Origin: Opitutales bacterium
GTDB taxonomy: Bacteria > Verrucomicrobiota > Verrucomicrobiia > Opitutales > UBA9783
Reading direction: 5' to 3'
DNA: 22,525 nt
Assembly (NCBI GenBank): GCA_024407725.1
Contig: JAKSVZ010000014.1
Coordinates: 1-22,525, forward strand
A program made the translations under genes and the position numbers. The notes beneath the pieces are model-generated. The model saw only the letters and a program-made list of their open reading frames with translations, made no database searches and was not told the origin of the DNA. This document shows, in pieces, positions 19,745-22,525 of the stretch (positions within the stretch are counted from its first letter, which is position 1; every line of letters begins with the position of its first letter).

Positions 19745-21715
19745 TTACTTTATAGGATCTTCGGTTTTGATTGGCTCTTCGGTTGCTGAGGATGTCGTTT
19801 CTTGTTCAGGGAAAAGATAATTTTTTGCTTCCATTAAAATTCTCTTTATGTCTTCTACAGCACCATCCGAAAAGATTTTATACCTCAAATTCTTTTCTAA
19901 ATTGGCTAAGGTTGTTTCTTTACCACCAACTAGCGTTTGAAAATACGATTGTACAGCGCTTTTACAGTCTTTTTCTTCTTCTTTATTAGTGACTTTTAGA
20001 ACATCCTTCATAATGTCCGCATTATCCCAATCGGGGGTCGTATTATCGGTTAAGTTATTAAATCGGTTTTTAAACCTGTTATCTTGAGTGTTTTTTGAGA
20101 ATTCCCGATAGAATTCTACGCTAAAATAATTTTCAAGTTCTCGTGTTTTGGTATGTGTCAAGCCAGGCTGATCAGGTTCATTACCATCGTCCTTGTCCAT
20201 AATCATGAACGTGAACAGTCCGCATAATTCTGATAATACATTATGTGGGTTTTTCATAGTGTCCTTGCCCTGAGCGTTTATAATGTATATCTTCTTTGAT
20301 GTATCAAAAATTTCTTTGAAGTCGGAAATATTGTTAATGTTCTCAAAAAAACGTTGATCGCATAAGCCTTCAACCAATAAAAAGTTCTTGGAAAAATAGG
20401 GAAGAAGCCCCATTTCTTCTATGAGTTTTCGTTTGTTTCCTTCGATTTTTTCAGCTTTGCCGTTTTGAACCAACACTGTCTGACTGCTTATTTCTGGTAT
20501 ATTTACTATCTCCGGCGTATGGGTTGTGAATAAGACTTGGTGATGGCCTGTTTTGGAAAGGGTTAGGATGGTTTTAAGCAAGTGTAATTGCCAATCGGGA
20601 TGTTGACCGATTTCCGGTTCCTCTAGGGCGTAAATTACGTTTCTGCCTTCATTGTTTTGCTCTTTTGCTTCTGCTTTGAAAAGAGCAAACAACAATAGCC
20701 GATTAAGTCCACTTCCCTGTTGTTCTATAGGAAGTCCGGTTTGATCTTTAAAGCTATAATCAAATAATGATAGCGCATGCTTGTTATTTAGTTGGGTATG
20801 TTCTGTTAACTGGAATGAATTCTTTAGGTTTTCAGGAAAATCTACTTTTATCTGCTCATTTATCGCTTCGGTGCTTATTCCCAATTCTTTTTCTACATTG
20901 CTTTGCAACTCATTAAGTTGTGGTTGTAGTTTCTCAATTATTTTGTCATTAATTTTTTTAGTAAAATCCGACGTGTTTTTATTGTTTGAGTAGGATATAG
21001 TATCCGCTTTGAATAGGTAATACCGAGGAAGCGCCTTCAGTATGTACTGACAAAATGTATTACAGTCGTCCTCACTTGTGTCGATATAGATTTTGCCTGC
21101 TTCCCTTTTAAGCCTGCTTTGGTTGGGTTGATAGATTTCCCAGAGCTTTTGGCGTAATTTCGGTTTGCTATAATATTTTTTATCATTGGGTGCCAAGAAG
21201 TTGTATGTACTTTTGAGTTTATCAAAAGATAGGCAGCTAAGTGGGCGGTCATGATATGTGAGATGTTCTTTTGGGCAGATGTATTTTGTTGTGTAGACTT
21301 GATTTTGTTTTCCCCAAGTAAACCTTTTGGTGATGGTTAACCTACTTTTTTCATCGAGGAAGTGTTCAGCCGCTAAAGTGGTTATGTCCCCGCTGGGTAA
21401 TATAATGTCTGCATCGCCAGCAATCTCAAACGAGCAGGTGATTTCTATAGAGTCGGATTGCTCTCTCTCTCTCTCTCTCTCTCTCTCGGGCTCAACATGC
21501 CTATCGTTTTCGGTAAGCTCATCGTCATCGGAAAAAAAGATATCCAACGCCTTTAATATGGTTGATTTTCCGCAGTTATTTTTACCGACAATGGCGCAAA
21601 GATCTTGGAACTCAATGGTTATATCTTTAAAAATCCTGAAATTCTTTAAGGTTAAGCTTCTGAGTTTGCAGGAGTTAGCTAATGATTTTTTTGATAAAGG
21701 TTCTTCCGTGGACAT
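19745..21715 (-). CDS. OLD-family-like nuclease: N-terminal ABC-type ATPase with a long helical insertion, fused to a C-terminal Toprim/DUF4435-like domain (candidate standalone defence nuclease)
   Basis: Walker A GKNNCGKST (aa ~44-52), QQGSGLNRLLLFALF signature-like loop, Walker B VIYALEEPEIGQHP, H-loop VLFTTHTPE. The C-terminal Toprim motifs are FLLVEGLCDQRFF (catalytic Glu) and FMIMDKDDG (DxD), comparable to E. coli YbjD LLVEGETE / VLVDGDEAG. The gene is visibly more AT-rich and Lys/Asn/Ile-rich than its neighbours. Confidence 0.75.
   Translation of the reverse strand: MSTEEPLSKKSLANSCKLRSLTLKNFRIFKDITIEFQDLCAIVGKNNCGKSTILKALDIFFSDDDELTENDRHVEPEREREREREQSDSIEITCSFEIAGDADIILPSGDITTLAAEHFLDEKSRLTITKRFTWGKQNQVYTTKYICPKEHLTYHDRPLSCLSFDKLKSTYNFLAPNDKKYYSKPKLRQKLWEIYQPNQSRLKREAGKIYIDTSEDDCNTFCQYILKALPRYYLFKADTISYSNNKNTSDFTKKINDKIIEKLQPQLNELQSNVEKELGISTEAINEQIKVDFPENLKNSFQLTEHTQLNNKHALSLFDYSFKDQTGLPIEQQGSGLNRLLLFALFKAEAKEQNNEGRNVIYALEEPEIGQHPDWQLHLLKTILTLSKTGHHQVLFTTHTPEIVNIPEISSQTVLVQNGKAEKIEGNKRKLIEEMGLLPYFSKNFLLVEGLCDQRFFENINNISDFKEIFDTSKKIYIINAQGKDTMKNPHNVLSELCGLFTFMIMDKDDGNEPDQPGLTHTKTRELENYFSVEFYREFSKNTQDNRFKNRFNNLTDNTTPDWDNADIMKDVLKVTNKEEEKDCKSAVQSYFQTLVGGKETTLANLEKNLRYKIFSDGAVEDIKRILMEAKNYLFPEQETTSSATEEPIKTEDPIK
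21461..21487. repeat. Perfect dinucleotide microsatellite (CT)13C, read as (GA)n on the coding strand, inside the ATPase-Toprim gene
   Basis: Direct reading: 27 uninterrupted alternating C/T bases flanked by G on both sides. It is translated on the minus strand as EREREREREQ (codons ~76-85), just downstream of the Walker A helix. Confidence 0.97.
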
Positions 21716-21781
21716 TTTAAAAAATTAAATTACTAGGCATGTTAGCCTAAAATTTATAAAAAGCAAAAAATTTTGCGAATT

Positions 21782-22480
21782 TTACTGAACCGGCGGCAGG
21801 GGGGTTGGTTCTTGTTCGCCGGACAAAACCGCGTACGGTACGCCGCAATCGCCTAGTTTTGCGATTTGACGTGCCATGTGCTTAAGCGTCCAGCGATGGC
21901 TAATGAAATTGGTTGCATTGAAAAACAGTAGTTTTAGGTCAACGCTGATGGAGCGATGTTCTAGGTAAAACAACGATAAGCGGGAGCGTATGGGTTTGCA
22001 GATCTGATGAAAGGTTTGCTCTGGGTTATCGTGTTGGGCTAGGAAACGCCCCATGCGCGACAAGAAAATAGATGCAAAATCGGAAATGCCGGGGGTTAAA
22101 CGCATGACCTGCTTTTCTTTGGCGCTATAGGTTTTCCATTCGCTAAATACGACGGGGCGCGGCCCTATTAACAACATATCGCCTTTAATGACATTGATCA
22201 GTTGTAAAAACTCATCGATTTTAAAACGCCGAAATATACGCCCAACCAAGGTGATTTCAGGGGAATTGGAAGGAACGGTGATGTGAGACGAACGGATCCG
22301 CATGGTACGCATTTTAAACATGAGGAAGGGTTTTCCGTTTTTACCGATTCGCGTGTGGATAAACAGCGGATGTTTGAAGTCGCTAATCCACATAATACCG
22401 AAGGAAATAATCAAAACAGGCGTTAAGAGGAGCAACAATACTGCCGCCAATACTCGTTGTGTATAATCCCAAATTGCCAT
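21782..22480 (-). CDS. Small bacterial sugar transferase (PglC/WbaP C-terminal-domain type polyprenyl-phosphate phosphoglycosyl transferase)
   Basis: The re-entrant N-terminal helix (RVLAAVLLLLLTPVLIISFGIMWI) is followed by HPLFIHTRIGKNGKPFLMFKMRTM, ITLVGRIFRRFKIDEFLQLINVIKGDMLLIGPRP and LTPGIS. These match the bacterial sugar-transferase family. The ATG at 22480 is the preferred start. The ORF stays open to a TTG at 22522, 3 nt from the window edge. Confidence 0.8.
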   Translation of the reverse strand: MAIWDYTQRVLAAVLLLLLTPVLIISFGIMWISDFKHPLFIHTRIGKNGKPFLMFKMRTMRIRSSHITVPSNSPEITLVGRIFRRFKIDEFLQLINVIKGDMLLIGPRPVVFSEWKTYSAKEKQVMRLTPGISDFASIFLSRMGRFLAQHDNPEQTFHQICKPIRSRLSLFYLEHRSISVDLKLLFFNATNFISHRWTLKHMARQIAKLGDCGVPYAVLSGEQEPTPLPPVQ

Positions 22481-22525
22481 GAATATTGATTTTATAAAAG
22501 GGATTTGATGAGCGGGTGGCAACCT

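Noticed and set aside
21327-21728. A 133-aa + strand ORF antisense to the nuclease gene, containing an SLSLSLSLS stretch
   Set aside because: It lies entirely antisense within a well-supported CDS. Its open frame results from the AT-rich sequence and the CT repeat, and it has no recognisable motifs.
16804-21781. A tRNA-targeted genomic island running from tRNA-Glu to the nuclease gene
   Set aside because: The OMP gene and the pntAB-pntB genes between the tRNA and the AT-rich gene have ordinary composition. There is no integrase and I saw no repeat of the tRNA 3' end, so the AT-rich segment appears limited to the single gene.
22481-22522. A 14-codon N-terminal extension of the sugar transferase starting at TTG 22522
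   Set aside because: Family members typically begin just before the hydrophobic re-entrant helix. The ATG at 22480 (MAIWDYTQRVLAAV...) fits that, and the TTG sits 3 nt from the window edge, so it cannot be evaluated.
19745-22525. Calling the ATPase-Toprim gene a Gabija, retron-OLD or two-gene PARIS system
   Set aside because: No UvrD-like helicase (GajB), reverse transcriptase or msr-msd region, or separate DUF4435 gene flanks it. The neighbours are pntAB and a sugar transferase. Only a standalone or fused architecture can be supported.

Overview
Chromosomal window from a diderm, LPS-making bacterium of moderately low GC. It holds 20 protein genes and 1 tRNA, almost all housekeeping. The + strand carries an OstA/LptA-like gene abutting lptB, then xseB and a heptose-7-phosphate kinase. 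A tightly packed eight-gene minus-strand array spans 11840 down to 2040: M48 peptidase, HIT, lpxC-fabZ fusion, lpxA, RNA m5U methyltransferase, lptF/G permease, dnaG, rpoD. The rest of the minus strand carries an MFS transporter, DUF167, ligA, tRNA-Glu(CUC), an outer-membrane beta-barrel gene with a clean bidirectional terminator, pntAB-pntB, and a small sugar transferase at the right edge. RpoD resembles what I recall of chlamydial sigma-66, so the source may be a Chlamydiae/PVC-type organism, but I cannot verify that without a search. The one accessory-looking element is a visibly AT-richer 1.97-kb gene (19745-21715, minus strand) between the sugar transferase and pntAB. It encodes a single-chain ABC-type ATPase fused to a Toprim (OLD/DUF4435-like) nuclease module, so it is a candidate standalone anti-phage or anti-plasmid nuclease. 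Its 5' region carries a perfect 27-nt (CT)13C dinucleotide tract that is currently in frame (EREREREREQ). Both +/-1 unit changes hit stop codons within about 12 codons, which suggests slipped-strand ON/OFF switching. Secondary observations: loss of the canonical Zn ligands in the DnaG zinc-binding domain, a possible LptC-LptA single-chain protein, a 15-nt tandem repeat cut by the left window edge, no pntAA next to pntAB-pntB, and a standalone heptose kinase.
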